Assembly: GCA_012959605.1 (NCBI GenBank)
Contig: DUCU01000032.1
Span: 51,883-115,882 of the forward strand
DNA from: Dehalococcoidia bacterium
Lineage (GTDB): Bacteria > Chloroflexota > Dehalococcoidia > Lucifugimonadales > UBA3495
Length of the DNA stretch: 64,000 bases
Direction of reading: 5' to 3'
The notes under the pieces were generated by a model. It saw nothing but the letters and a program-made list of their open reading frames with translations. It searched no databases and was not told the origin of the DNA. The position numbers and the translations under genes were made by a program. Shown here piece by piece: positions 37,527-47,320 of this stretch (positions are counted from its first letter, which is position 1; each line of letters opens with the position of its first letter).

Positions 37527-38474
37527 ATGGAATACGGCTTTTATCTCCCAAACAGCGGTTCTTCGATCAATCCTGATGCTCTCACCAACATCGCAAAGCT
37601 GGGCGACCGATTGGGGTTCTTTTGCATGGTCATGCCAGACCATGTGCTGCAACCGAACAAGGTCAGTTCACCCTATCCCTACAGTGTCACCGGCGACATC
37701 TTGGAAGCTGGGCAGTCAGGCGACGGCGAATGGCCGGAGCAGATTACCACCTTGGCCTACTTGGCCGGTGTCACAGAGCGCATCCGCCTAGTCACCAGCG
37801 TGATGATTATTCCATACCGCAACCCGATCCTTACGGCCAAGATGTTGTCCACTCTGGATATGCTCTCCAAGGGCCGTTTAATTCTTGGCGCAGGTGTAGG
37901 CTGGATGGAAGAAGAGTTTGAATTGCTGAACGCCGAACCCTTTGCCGAGCGTGGAGCGGTGACCAACGAATACCTACAAGCGTTTATAGAACTGTGGACA
38001 AGTGACAACCCCACTTTCACGGGTAAATACGTACATTTCTCGGATATAACCTTCCTGCCCAAGCCCGTGCAAAAGCCGCATCCACCCATCTGGATCGGCG
38101 GTCAGAGCAAACCCGCCATCAGGCGTGCAGCCCGATTGGGCAACGCCTGGCATCCTGTGGGCGCGATTCCGGCCACACCACTGGAACCTGAAGAACTTGC
38201 CGAGAACCTGGTACTCCTGCGAGAGTACGCGGTGAAGGCTGGCCGAGATCCGTCAACTATTGACGTTTCAGTGAAAGCCCCGCTGTATGACGCCAGTAAT
38301 ACCAGTGGTCCTAGGCGCAGGTTCACCGGCCCACCCGACGAGGTTTGCCAAGATGTACAGACCTACGCTGACGTGGGAGTCACACACCTGATATTTGACT
38401 TCAGAACGTCTGACCCAAACCAGACTGAAGACCGGATGGCCAAATTCGCCGAAGAAGTAATGGCAGTCACTTAA
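37527..38474 (+). CDS. LLM-class (F420-dependent type) oxidoreductase
   Basis: PDHV, GRLILGAGVGWMEEEF and PKPVQKPHPPIWIGG. Confidence 0.92.
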   Translation: MEYGFYLPNSGSSINPDALTNIAKLGDRLGFFCMVMPDHVLQPNKVSSPYPYSVTGDILEAGQSGDGEWPEQITTLAYLAGVTERIRLVTSVMIIPYRNPILTAKMLSTLDMLSKGRLILGAGVGWMEEEFELLNAEPFAERGAVTNEYLQAFIELWTSDNPTFTGKYVHFSDITFLPKPVQKPHPPIWIGGQSKPAIRRAARLGNAWHPVGAIPATPLEPEELAENLVLLREYAVKAGRDPSTIDVSVKAPLYDASNTSGPRRRFTGPPDEVCQDVQTYADVGVTHLIFDFRTSDPNQTEDRMAKFAEEVMAVT

Positions 38475-38497
38475 CCAGGCATTTTGAGGAGTTTTTA

Positions 38498-39445
38498 ATG
38501 GAGTACGGGTTTTACCTTCCCAGCGGCGGGCCAGCCGCCCAGCCCGACGCCCTGGCCAGTATCGCAAAACAGGGAGACGATCTAGGGTTCTTCTGCATGG
38601 TCATGCCAGACCACGTGGTCCAGCCAAGAAGCGTGGAGTCCCAGTATCCCTACAGCCTGACCGGTGACTTGCACAAGGCCCACGATGCCGCAGTAGAAGA
38701 ACGGCTGGAGCAGGTAACCACCCTGGCTTTCCTGGCCGGTATCACAGAACGCATCCGACTGGTCACCAGCGTGATGATCATTCCCTATCGCAACCCCATT
38801 CTCACAGCCAAGATGCTGTCCACTCTGGACATGCTCTCCAAGGGCCGTCTGATCCTGGGCGCCGGCGTTGGCTGGATGGAAGAAGAGTTTGAACTGCTAA
38901 ACGCAGAGCCATTCGCTGAGCGCGGGGCGGTGACCAACGAGTACCTAAAGGCGTTCATCGAGCTCTGGACCAGTGACAACCCCACGTTTGAGGGTAAATA
39001 CGTCAACTTCTCGGATATAACGTTCTTGCCCAAGCCAGTGCAGAAGCCCTATCCGCCCATCTGGATCGGCGGTGGCAGCAGGCCAGCCATCAGACGCGCC
39101 GCCCAGATAGGAGATTGCTGGCACCCCGTTGGCGCAATTCCCGCCGCTCCTCTGGAGCCTGAGGAGTTAGCCGAAAAACTGGCGCTACTGCGCCAAGATG
39201 CTGAGAAGGTTGGCCGAGACCCGGCCAGCCTCCAAGTTTCGGTCAAAGCGCCGCTCTATGATTCTAGCGACACCAGCGGCCCCAGGCGCAGATTCACAGG
39301 CTCGCCGGATGAGGTGCGGCAGGACGTACAGACCTATGCCGACGTTGGCGTAACCCACCTGATATTTGACTTCCGGGTCGAGTCTGCCAACGAGACCAAT
39401 GACCGGATGGCCAAGTTCGCCGAAGAAGTCATGGCCGTTACCTAA
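38498..39445 (+). CDS. LLM-class oxidoreductase, tandem paralog of the preceding gene
   Basis: Long identical protein blocks shared with 37527-38474. Confidence 0.92.
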   Translation: MEYGFYLPSGGPAAQPDALASIAKQGDDLGFFCMVMPDHVVQPRSVESQYPYSLTGDLHKAHDAAVEERLEQVTTLAFLAGITERIRLVTSVMIIPYRNPILTAKMLSTLDMLSKGRLILGAGVGWMEEEFELLNAEPFAERGAVTNEYLKAFIELWTSDNPTFEGKYVNFSDITFLPKPVQKPYPPIWIGGGSRPAIRRAAQIGDCWHPVGAIPAAPLEPEELAEKLALLRQDAEKVGRDPASLQVSVKAPLYDSSDTSGPRRRFTGSPDEVRQDVQTYADVGVTHLIFDFRVESANETNDRMAKFAEEVMAVT

Positions 39446-39504
39446 TCCAATAACGCTGGAACAACGGCCCTGGAAAACAATCTATTCACTCAGGAAGGCA
39501 CAAC

Positions 39505-39872
39505 ATGGACTCATTGGACCAACGCTTTGAAGATGGCCAGGCCATCCGAGCCCAAATGGCTCAAGACGATCCCAGTCAATATTCTTTACCAGGTATAGAA
39601 GGCGAAGTCGAACGTTTAATCTACGAAAACCATTGGAATACTATCTAGACTCGGTGAGCCGCGCTATCTGCGCCCTCTCCGCTATGACTGTATTAGGCCA
39701 GCACAATCGCCAGATTCGCCGCCGTATTGAGTGCGCCCTCAAGGTGGGAGTCACACCACGACAGATCTTGGAAGTGTTTGTGAACTTGATTCTCTACGGC
39801 GGGTATATCAACTCAAGAACTTCCATGCCGGTAGCCCGCTCGGTGTTCACAGACCAGAGCCTCACTGTCTAG
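39505..39872 (+). pseudogene. Carboxymuconolactone decarboxylase-family pseudogene
   Basis: RBS plus ATG 39505 (MDSLDQRFEDGQAIR...) stops at 39646-39648. The C-terminal part (LDSVSRAIC...ALKVGVTPRQILEV...YGG) continues in another frame. Confidence 0.7.
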
Positions 39873-39927
39873 ATAAACCCAAGAGACCAGCAGTAACAAA
39901 ACAAATCTCCCAACACGGAAGTAAAAA

Positions 39928-40719
39928 ATGAAAATGAAACTAGACGATGGTATAGAACTTTTTTACACCATCGATGACTTCACTGATCCTTGGACCGAGC
40001 CTGAGACCGTGGTCATGCACCACGGTATGGCCAAAAGCCACAAAATGTGGTTTGGCTGGGTGCCGATCATCGCCCGACACTACCGCGTCATTCGTTTTGA
40101 TATGCGGGGCATGGGAATGTCTGGTGTGTCCGGGCCGGAGCACGATTACACCCTGGACACATTCACCGCCGACTTGAAAGAATTCGTCGATAAGACGGAA
40201 CTGGATACGTTCCATCTAATTGGCGAGACGGTGGGTGGTTCTATCTCCATGAATTTTTCCATCAAGAACCAAGAACGGCTGAAGTCGCTCACCGTCTGCA
40301 CCTCACCCACCAATTTTGACGCCCACCACAAAGAAAGCGCAGAGTTGATTGAGCGTGAGGGCATCAACGTGTGGGTGGAAGACTCCATTGGTCGCCGGCT
40401 GGATCCGCAGATAGTCGACCCTGCTTATATCCGTTGGTACGCGGAGCAAATGAAGGCCACCGCGCCCCACGTGGTCGCAGGATTCCAGCGCACCGCTGGC
40501 GGCGATATTGGCCCCATGCTGAAAGATGTTCAAACGCCGATGCTGATGCTGGCCGCAGCAACACTGCGGGAAGAAGTCTTGGGGGATTTCAGGGGAGCTT
40601 CTGATCTGTTCCCCAACGGCCAAAAGATCATCTTTCCAGGCGTTCAAGGGTTCGTCCAGCACATCATGCCGGTACAGTGCGCCCGGGTTTGGTTGGACTT
40701 TGCCCAAAGGCTCGGCTAG
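39928..40719 (+). CDS. Alpha/beta hydrolase fold protein (non-canonical active site)
   Basis: HHG, DMRGMG and the elbow GETVGG. Confidence 0.85.
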   Translation: MKMKLDDGIELFYTIDDFTDPWTEPETVVMHHGMAKSHKMWFGWVPIIARHYRVIRFDMRGMGMSGVSGPEHDYTLDTFTADLKEFVDKTELDTFHLIGETVGGSISMNFSIKNQERLKSLTVCTSPTNFDAHHKESAELIEREGINVWVEDSIGRRLDPQIVDPAYIRWYAEQMKATAPHVVAGFQRTAGGDIGPMLKDVQTPMLMLAAATLREEVLGDFRGASDLFPNGQKIIFPGVQGFVQHIMPVQCARVWLDFAQRLG

Positions 40720-40740
40720 TTAGGTAGTTGGAAATTTCAT

Positions 40741-41364
40741 TTGTCTGATGAAGAAACACAAGGTGGAGAGTCAGATTCTTTAAGCCAGTCTGGCCAATCA
40801 CTTGAACACGAGGCCTGGAACCGACAGGGGATTTTGGAATTGCTGCGCCAAGAAAGCAGCCCCCACCTTTTCGACCCAAAATTCCGCCGCCATTACCGGC
40901 AGTACATTTTCCAAGCAGTATTGGCCACCGTCACAATGGTCATTGTGCTGCTATTTGTTGATTCCCTGGCTACCGCAGCCATCGCGGCAGGCTTGGGGTC
41001 AAGTGTGATTGGCATCTTCATCAACCCATCCGGGCCCACAGCTAGGTTACGGGCGGTGGTGGGTGGGCACACCATGGCCCTGCTTATCGGTTCAGCGCTT
41101 TCTTTAATTCTTTTTTCTAGCTCGATGGAATCATTCACAGTCTCCCATACTGAATTCCATACGCTGATAATGGCCATCTCGGTTGGACTCCTGATGCTGG
41201 TGATGGCCGTTACCGACACTGAGCACCCACCCGCCGCCGGAATCGCCATCGGGATGACCAGTCGAGAGTGGACACCCGAGGTATTCGGGGCCATCCTTGG
41301 TGCCCTAGTCGTCCTGGCGGTGATAAAAATCGTCCTGCGACGTCATCTGCACGACCTGTTGTAA
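40741..41364 (+). CDS. HPP family membrane protein
   Basis: LGSS, VVGGH, TEHPPAAG and TM helices. Confidence 0.85.
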   Translation: MSDEETQGGESDSLSQSGQSLEHEAWNRQGILELLRQESSPHLFDPKFRRHYRQYIFQAVLATVTMVIVLLFVDSLATAAIAAGLGSSVIGIFINPSGPTARLRAVVGGHTMALLIGSALSLILFSSSMESFTVSHTEFHTLIMAISVGLLMLVMAVTDTEHPPAAGIAIGMTSREWTPEVFGAILGALVVLAVIKIVLRRHLHDLL

Positions 41365-41682
41365 TCCACCTGACAACAACGGCTACAGCAACGCTGACGT
41401 CCTTCGCCGTCCGTTGACCCCAATATAACCATTATCACCAAGTCTGGAGACGTATTCACCGGCGAACTAGATGGTAACGAACTGAAATCGGACTTGGCAA
41501 CCGCAACGGCACGATTCAGCGTATTGTTTGAAGACTTGGTTTCGATTGCAAGCAAATTAGACCAAGAATCATCCATCGCCGGGCTCATCAGTACTTGCGT
41601 GCCGGCGTAGATGCACTAGTATTTCCCTGTCAGGCAGGCTCAAACGAACAATCATACTGAAATTCAGGAGAAGCCAAATAGC

Positions 41683-42477
41683 ATGAACCTTTTACTTGAG
41701 GGCAAAATTGCAATCGTGACCGGCAGCAGCAAAGGCATCGGTCGCGCAACGGCATTGGCGCTGGCGGAAGAAGGCGTGGACGTAACCATCTGCGCCAGAG
41801 GAATGGCTGACCTAGAAGACGCTGCGGCTGAGATTCGTGCCGCCACCGGCCGCAAGGTGCTGGCGGTCCAGGCTGATATGAGCGACCCGGAAGCAATCAA
41901 AAATCTGGTGGCCGCCACAGTGACCGAGTTTGGTGGCGTAGACATACTCGTCAACAACGCGGTCAACTCCAGAGCCGCACCATTCATGGAATTAGCCGAC
42001 GAAGACTGGCTGAACCACATCACCGTCAAGGTAATGGGCTACGTACGCTGCTCTAGGGAGGTCATCCCCCACATGCAGGCGCGAGGCGGTGGACGAATCA
42101 TAAACATCGGCGGGATGGCCGCCCGAGCTGCCAACACCTTGGCCAATAGCAACGGTGTGACCAACTCGTCAGTCTCCAACATGGCCAAGAACCTGTCAGA
42201 TGCCTTTGCTTCCGATGGCATCCTGGTCAATTGCATCCACCCCGGTACCACGAGGACCGAGAGGCAAGAGCGGAGCCTGCAAGCCCGCGCCGAACACGCC
42301 AGCATCTCGGTTAAAGAAGCCGAGGAGTTGGCAGTTGCCAGCATACCCATTGGCCGGATGGTGGAGTCCAAAGACATCGCGGATTTAATCCTGTTCCTGG
42401 TCTCCGACCGGGCAGGTGCGATCACCGGCCAAACCATCGCTGTTGAGGGTGGAGCAGGCCGAGGCATGAATTACTAG
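41683..42477 (+). CDS. SDR oxidoreductase
   Basis: TGSSKGIG, DILVNNA and VNCIHPG. The catalytic YxxxK is not evident. Confidence 0.88.
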   Translation: MNLLLEGKIAIVTGSSKGIGRATALALAEEGVDVTICARGMADLEDAAAEIRAATGRKVLAVQADMSDPEAIKNLVAATVTEFGGVDILVNNAVNSRAAPFMELADEDWLNHITVKVMGYVRCSREVIPHMQARGGGRIINIGGMAARAANTLANSNGVTNSSVSNMAKNLSDAFASDGILVNCIHPGTTRTERQERSLQARAEHASISVKEAEELAVASIPIGRMVESKDIADLILFLVSDRAGAITGQTIAVEGGAGRGMNY

Positions 42478-42636
42478 CAAGTTTCGCCATTAGACACTGC
42501 ATCTGTTAGGGTCGATAGCGCATTCAAATTACTGATTAGCAAACTTTGCGCGTCCGCGCGTCCGTTAGATGAGCTCGCCTGTAACACCACGGCAATCAAT
42601 ATGCTAATTAGAACTGACAAATTAAGGAACAAATAG

Positions 42637-43575
42637 ATGCTTATTCCGGGCAACCAACTTGAAACAATCTCGCGGGCGCTCAACCTTCGTACACTTTTGG
42701 TTTTGGTGCCCTTGTTGCTGTTGTTGGCAGCAGCCTGTTCTTCTGACTCAGAGGATCCGATAATCTCCAGCGAACAGGAAGCCGGCGGCCCGGAGTACTC
42801 CGGCACAATCATCACCACCGACCTGGCTGTGGGCGTTAATCGGCTGCTATTTGGAGTGGTTGACCGCAAAGGTATGCCCGTAATCGGCGACTCTGCAGAC
42901 GTGGGTGTCTTCTTCTTAGTTCCAAGAGAAGACGCCAGGGAACTACGGCAACAGGTCACCGCTGATTTCATATCCTGGCCCACAGTGATCGGTGGGGTTT
43001 TCGGGGCCGAGGTAGACATTCCCCTTGGCGGAGTCTACGAACTTGATATCCGTTACACGTCCAGTGATGGCGTGGAGGTCTTCGCCCAAACTAGTTTCTT
43101 GGTTAAAGACGAGTCTGAAACCCCGTCCGTTGGCTCGCCCGCACCGACCAGCGTGACCCACACCCTTGCCGACGCTGAAGAAATTAGCCACATCACCAGT
43201 TCGTCTGAGCCGGACCCGGAGCTTTATCAACTATCCATTGACGAGGCATTATCCGAGCACAAGCCGCTGGTAATAGTGTTCGCCACGCCCGCCTTCTGCG
43301 TCAGCGCAACTTGCGGTCCCCAGGTGGGGGAGATAACCAAGGTGAAAGCCATCGTGGGAGACCAAGCGAACTTCATCCACGTGGAGGTTTTTGAAGACCC
43401 CCACCTGATAGAAAATTCCAGACACGCTGGTCAATTGGTGCCGGCAGTGTTGGAATGGGGACTGCCCACAGAGCCGTGGGTTTTCATAGTGGATAAAGAT
43501 GGCCTGGTCAGCGCCAAGTTTGAACAATTCACAACCGCCGGTGAGATCGAGGCTAAGCTTCTGGAGATTCTCTAG
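42637..43575 (+). CDS. Lipoprotein with a C-terminal thioredoxin-like domain
   Basis: Lipobox LAAAC, FATPAFCVSATC, FIHVE and TEPWVFIVD. Confidence 0.75.
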   Translation: MLIPGNQLETISRALNLRTLLVLVPLLLLLAAACSSDSEDPIISSEQEAGGPEYSGTIITTDLAVGVNRLLFGVVDRKGMPVIGDSADVGVFFLVPREDARELRQQVTADFISWPTVIGGVFGAEVDIPLGGVYELDIRYTSSDGVEVFAQTSFLVKDESETPSVGSPAPTSVTHTLADAEEISHITSSSEPDPELYQLSIDEALSEHKPLVIVFATPAFCVSATCGPQVGEITKVKAIVGDQANFIHVEVFEDPHLIENSRHAGQLVPAVLEWGLPTEPWVFIVDKDGLVSAKFEQFTTAGEIEAKLLEIL

Positions 43576-43580
43576 AGGGT

Positions 43581-43904
43581 TTATCCGCCCGGTTCTACAG
43601 CGTCGCGGACGTCGGAAGCAATAAACTGTCCACCGATTTTCCGATAGGTCACCTCGATTTTTGCACCCAGAGCCTGGTGTTGTCTCAAGTGACCCATGCT
43701 AATACCAACTGGACCATTAGTAGTGAATTCCCAGATTTGGCTATCGGCGTCTCGCATGGTCAGTGACTCAATCTCGACGATATTTCGGGCAATGGCATCA
43801 ACCACTCGCCCTACTACAACCTGCTCGCCGCTGTCATCACCACACGCCACTGCAATCAACAAAATTGTGACGCTTGCCAGGGCGAGTAGTGTTATTTTTT
43901 TCAT
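43581..43904 (-). CDS. Small lipoprotein (beta-rich, unknown function)
   Basis: MKK...IAVAC lipobox and HLRQH. Confidence 0.7.
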   Translation of the reverse strand: MKKITLLALASVTILLIAVACGDDSGEQVVVGRVVDAIARNIVEIESLTMRDADSQIWEFTTNGPVGISMGHLRQHQALGAKIEVTYRKIGGQFIASDVRDAVEPGG

Positions 43905-43918
43905 TTCCGTTCTTCTCG

Positions 43919-44989
43919 CTAACCGAACTTGAACACTTTAATCGCGCCTACTGCTGTAACTACCACCCAGGCGCCCATGGCCGCCAGATACGGCCAGGTT
44001 TCCCAAATCGGTTCGCTATCAATGGCAACCTCGCGCAGCGCGGCCACCATTGGTGTCAGTGGCAGAGCTTGGGCGATTTCAGGTAGCACCCACGGCAGCG
44101 CAGCCGTCGAGAAGAATGCCCCGCCCAGGAACATCATGGGCATGGCCACAGCATTACCCATACCAGATGCCGCTGCCGGTGACTTGGCCCACGCCGAAAG
44201 GATGAACCCAATGTTCAAGAAGACGACACTACCCAGCGCCGTGATCGCAAAGACCCAAAGAATGTTGCCATGGACATGCCCACCAAAGACGAAGACGCCC
44301 AATGCCAGGATGATTCCAGCCTGAACCAGTGCCAACAATACGTGGGCGGTTATCTCAGCGGCAAAAAATTTCCAGATTGGAAGCGGTGTCACCAACAGTC
44401 GCTTCAGAATGGACTGGTTTCTGAAAGTACTGATCCTAACCGCAATTGAAATAATGGAGTTCATCATGATGCCCAACGCCAAAAGGCCAAGCAGCACGTT
44501 GTCGAAATAGTCCACCTCGGGCACCTCAATCACGTCCGCCATGAGTAGTTCGGACGGGACAACAGGGCCGCTGTTGGATTGAATCTCAGAAACCAGGTTC
44601 CGTACCGCACCATCCACCAATTGATTACGGTCTGGATTCCGTGTGCTGTAAACCAAGTTCACTTTAGAGCTGATTGCCGGGTCGTCAAACGATGCGGGTA
44701 TCACTATAAGGTAGCCAAGATCACCGTCGGCGACTTTGTCCCAAGCCTCGCTGAATCCAATCTCATCAGACTCAAGTTCCAGGAATTCAATTTCGTTGAA
44801 CCGTTCTAGTAGCAGCTCTGAATTGGAGCCTTCAGACTGGTCAATCACCACTACATCAGCGGAGCCAACGCCGTTGACTTCAAATAACCCAAACACGACC
44901 ACCAACATCAGGGGAAAGAATAAAGCCCAAAAGATGGCTTGACGATTTCGCGCCATCATCTTGATATTGGCCAGGGTTAAGGCAACCAT
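43919..44989 (-). CDS. ABC-2 type permease
   Basis: FWALFFP, LKRLLVTP, MMFLGGAFF and LPLT. Confidence 0.9.
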   Translation of the reverse strand: MVALTLANIKMMARNRQAIFWALFFPLMLVVVFGLFEVNGVGSADVVVIDQSEGSNSELLLERFNEIEFLELESDEIGFSEAWDKVADGDLGYLIVIPASFDDPAISSKVNLVYSTRNPDRNQLVDGAVRNLVSEIQSNSGPVVPSELLMADVIEVPEVDYFDNVLLGLLALGIMMNSIISIAVRISTFRNQSILKRLLVTPLPIWKFFAAEITAHVLLALVQAGIILALGVFVFGGHVHGNILWVFAITALGSVVFLNIGFILSAWAKSPAAASGMGNAVAMPMMFLGGAFFSTAALPWVLPEIAQALPLTPMVAALREVAIDSEPIWETWPYLAAMGAWVVVTAVGAIKVFKFG

Positions 44990-44992
44990 TGG

Positions 44993-45958
44993 TTAGTCTC
45001 GTAGCTCAGTGCCAGTCAGTTCTAGGAACACATCTTCCAAAGTGACCGGGGTGATTTGAAGGTTTTCCAGACCTAGACCGGTCTTAGCGATCTCGTCCAG
45101 CATGGATTTTAGGGCTGAAGGGCTGTTTGCCAGGCGCAACAGGTACGTGTTCTCTGCGATGTTGCTTTCTTGGTCCTCTGCTGCCGGGTCGTTTTGTTCG
45201 CCAGACTGTAGAACCTCTACGCGGCCGTTCAGGGCTTCCAACTGGGCCATGGTCATGGGCCGGTCCATGGTCAGTTTCACCGCATAGCTGGCTTCCAGCT
45301 TATTGATCAAGTTTCTGGGGGTGTCAACTGCCAGTAGCTTGCCCTGGTCCATGATTGCCAGTCTGCTACAAAGCAATTCGGCTTCATCCATGGCATGGGT
45401 GGTGAGCACTACCGTGACCCCGCGTTGGTTAACCTCTTTGATGAGACTCCAGAGGTTACGGCGTGCCTGAGGGTCTAGACCGGTAGTCGGTTCATCCAAC
45501 ACAACCAATTCAGGGTTGTTGACCAGGCTGGCCGCTACTGCGAATCGCTGCTTTTGGCCACCGGATAGCTCCGCGACACGGTTGACCGCCTTGTCTGACA
45601 ATCCCACCTGTTCCAGCAGAGTGGCAGGCGCGGCCTTGTTGGGGTAAAAGCTGCCTAGAAGGGCTAAAATCTCCGTGAGATTTAGGTAATCGTAGTAGGC
45701 GGAGGCCTGGAGTTGAACTCCGATACGTGCTTTCACCTCAGCTGCTTTGGACTGTAGATCCAGTCCTAAAACGCTGACTCGGCCTTCCGTTGGCTTCTGG
45801 AGACTCTCAATAATCTCCAACGTAGTAGTCTTACCAGCCCCGTTAGGGCCCAATATCCCAAAGACTTCACCACGTTCAACAGCAAAAGTCACCCCGTCTA
45901 ACGCGGTGAAGGTACCGAATCGTTTAACTAAATTTTCAACTTGGACTGCAGGCTCCAT
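44993..45958 (-). CDS. ABC transporter ATP-binding protein
   Basis: GPNGAGKTT, LSGGQ, LDEPTTGLD and TTH. Confidence 0.93.
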   Translation of the reverse strand: MEPAVQVENLVKRFGTFTALDGVTFAVERGEVFGILGPNGAGKTTTLEIIESLQKPTEGRVSVLGLDLQSKAAEVKARIGVQLQASAYYDYLNLTEILALLGSFYPNKAAPATLLEQVGLSDKAVNRVAELSGGQKQRFAVAASLVNNPELVVLDEPTTGLDPQARRNLWSLIKEVNQRGVTVVLTTHAMDEAELLCSRLAIMDQGKLLAVDTPRNLINKLEASYAVKLTMDRPMTMAQLEALNGRVEVLQSGEQNDPAAEDQESNIAENTYLLRLANSPSALKSMLDEIAKTGLGLENLQITPVTLEDVFLELTGTELRD

Positions 45959-46101
45959 AATAGCGCAGAAAATCATATCACAGTCTGGGCTAAAAACTGA
46001 CATCCAAGGCCAGGAATTTGAACATCACATTAATATCGTGGGGGTCTTTTATCATCCAACCGCCGACCGGTTTGGCCGTGCGTGAGCAGGCACGAATTTA
46101 A

Positions 46102-46130
46102 TTGACATCAATTTACCCCTATGATAACGT
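46102..46130 (+). promoter_or_regulatory. Sigma70-type promoter candidate for ctaAB
   Basis: TTGACA-17 nt-TAACGT with a TGn extension. Confidence 0.55.
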
Positions 46131-46372
46131 TCGATTCGTTACGGCAAGACATTTCAGCCCCGTTGAAAACACCGCTGAATTAGCGGCGGTGATAATATAA
46201 CTCCACCGATTTACGACCACCCAACACCCACCAGGAACCCAATGAGACCCAGCATCCAGCTGATATCCATTCACCGCCACGCCTCATGTATATCTGACTC
46301 TAGCTATTCGTATGTTTTTGACTCAAGCTGTTCATTGTACTGTGGGGAGAACCCTCTGATCGGACTTCAGTC

Positions 46373-47320
46373 ATGGAACTAAATCAGAGCAACCAGTTTC
46401 ACAACTGGTTCAGGGGAATATCGGCATTCACCGTGTTGGCAACCTTTGGTTTGGTAATTCTAGGCGGAGTGGTTCGGGTCACTGATTCTGGCCTTGGCTG
46501 TCCCGACTGGCCAGCCTGCCACGGCGGAATTTTCCCTCCCCTTGAGACCAAAGCCATAATTGAATATTCCCACCGGATAACAGCGTCATTTCTGGTTGGC
46601 CCGCTGATTCTGTTTCTATTCATCGCCTCCTGGATGCGTTACCGGCAGGAAAAATGGATCCTGATTCCTGCATCATTGGCCTTTATCCTGGTCATTGCCC
46701 AAGCCATGCTGGGCGGCGCAACGGTGCTGGCGGAACTTCCCGGGGCAACCATAATGGCGCACCTAGCTGTGGGAGAAACCCTGGTCGCAACTTTGGTAGT
46801 AATTGCCGTGGTTGCCTACCGCGGCCCTCTCAGCCTCAAGATACCTGATTGGGGAGTGGGCAAAGTGCGCAGGTTCCCCGTCTTGGTAAGTATTGCCGGA
46901 GTGGCAGTTTTCATCCTTCTGCTTTCAGGCTCATATGTGACAATCACTGGTGCATTTGGCGCCTGTACTGAATGGCCGGTCTGCAATGGTGATGTCATCC
47001 CGGAATTTAGACTACAGATGAATCATATGTTCCACCGCTATGTTGCCGCCGTGGTTGGGCTTTTTGTTTTGTATAGTCTGCACCTCGGCTTTAGAGGCCG
47101 GACGCAGCCAATAGAGATTAGAGTCCTTTCTATGTCGGCCGTGGCGCTCTTCGTTGCCCAGGTCCTGGTTGGCGCGTTCGTTATTTGGGCGGACTTTGCC
47201 CAAGATATACGGGCACTACACCTAGCGATGGCCACCGCCGTGTGGATTGCTGTGTCAGCGTTGGTCGTAATGACTTTCTCCAGCCCCGGCAGTCGATGGA
47301 GCGGAGCTTCTAATGGCTGA
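46373..47320 (+). CDS. ctaA: Heme A synthase (COX15/CtaA)
   Basis: GGVVR.T.SGLGCPDWPAC, EYSHR, second Cys pair CTEWPVC, HR and LH. Confidence 0.9.
   Translation: MELNQSNQFHNWFRGISAFTVLATFGLVILGGVVRVTDSGLGCPDWPACHGGIFPPLETKAIIEYSHRITASFLVGPLILFLFIASWMRYRQEKWILIPASLAFILVIAQAMLGGATVLAELPGATIMAHLAVGETLVATLVVIAVVAYRGPLSLKIPDWGVGKVRRFPVLVSIAGVAVFILLLSGSYVTITGAFGACTEWPVCNGDVIPEFRLQMNHMFHRYVAAVVGLFVLYSLHLGFRGRTQPIEIRVLSMSAVALFVAQVLVGAFVIWADFAQDIRALHLAMATAVWIAVSALVVMTFSSPGSRWSGASNG

Noticed and set aside
41343-41588. Minus-strand 81 aa ORF
   Set aside because: It overlaps the HPP gene end, has no RBS or family signal, and is probably the shadow of a plus-strand remnant.
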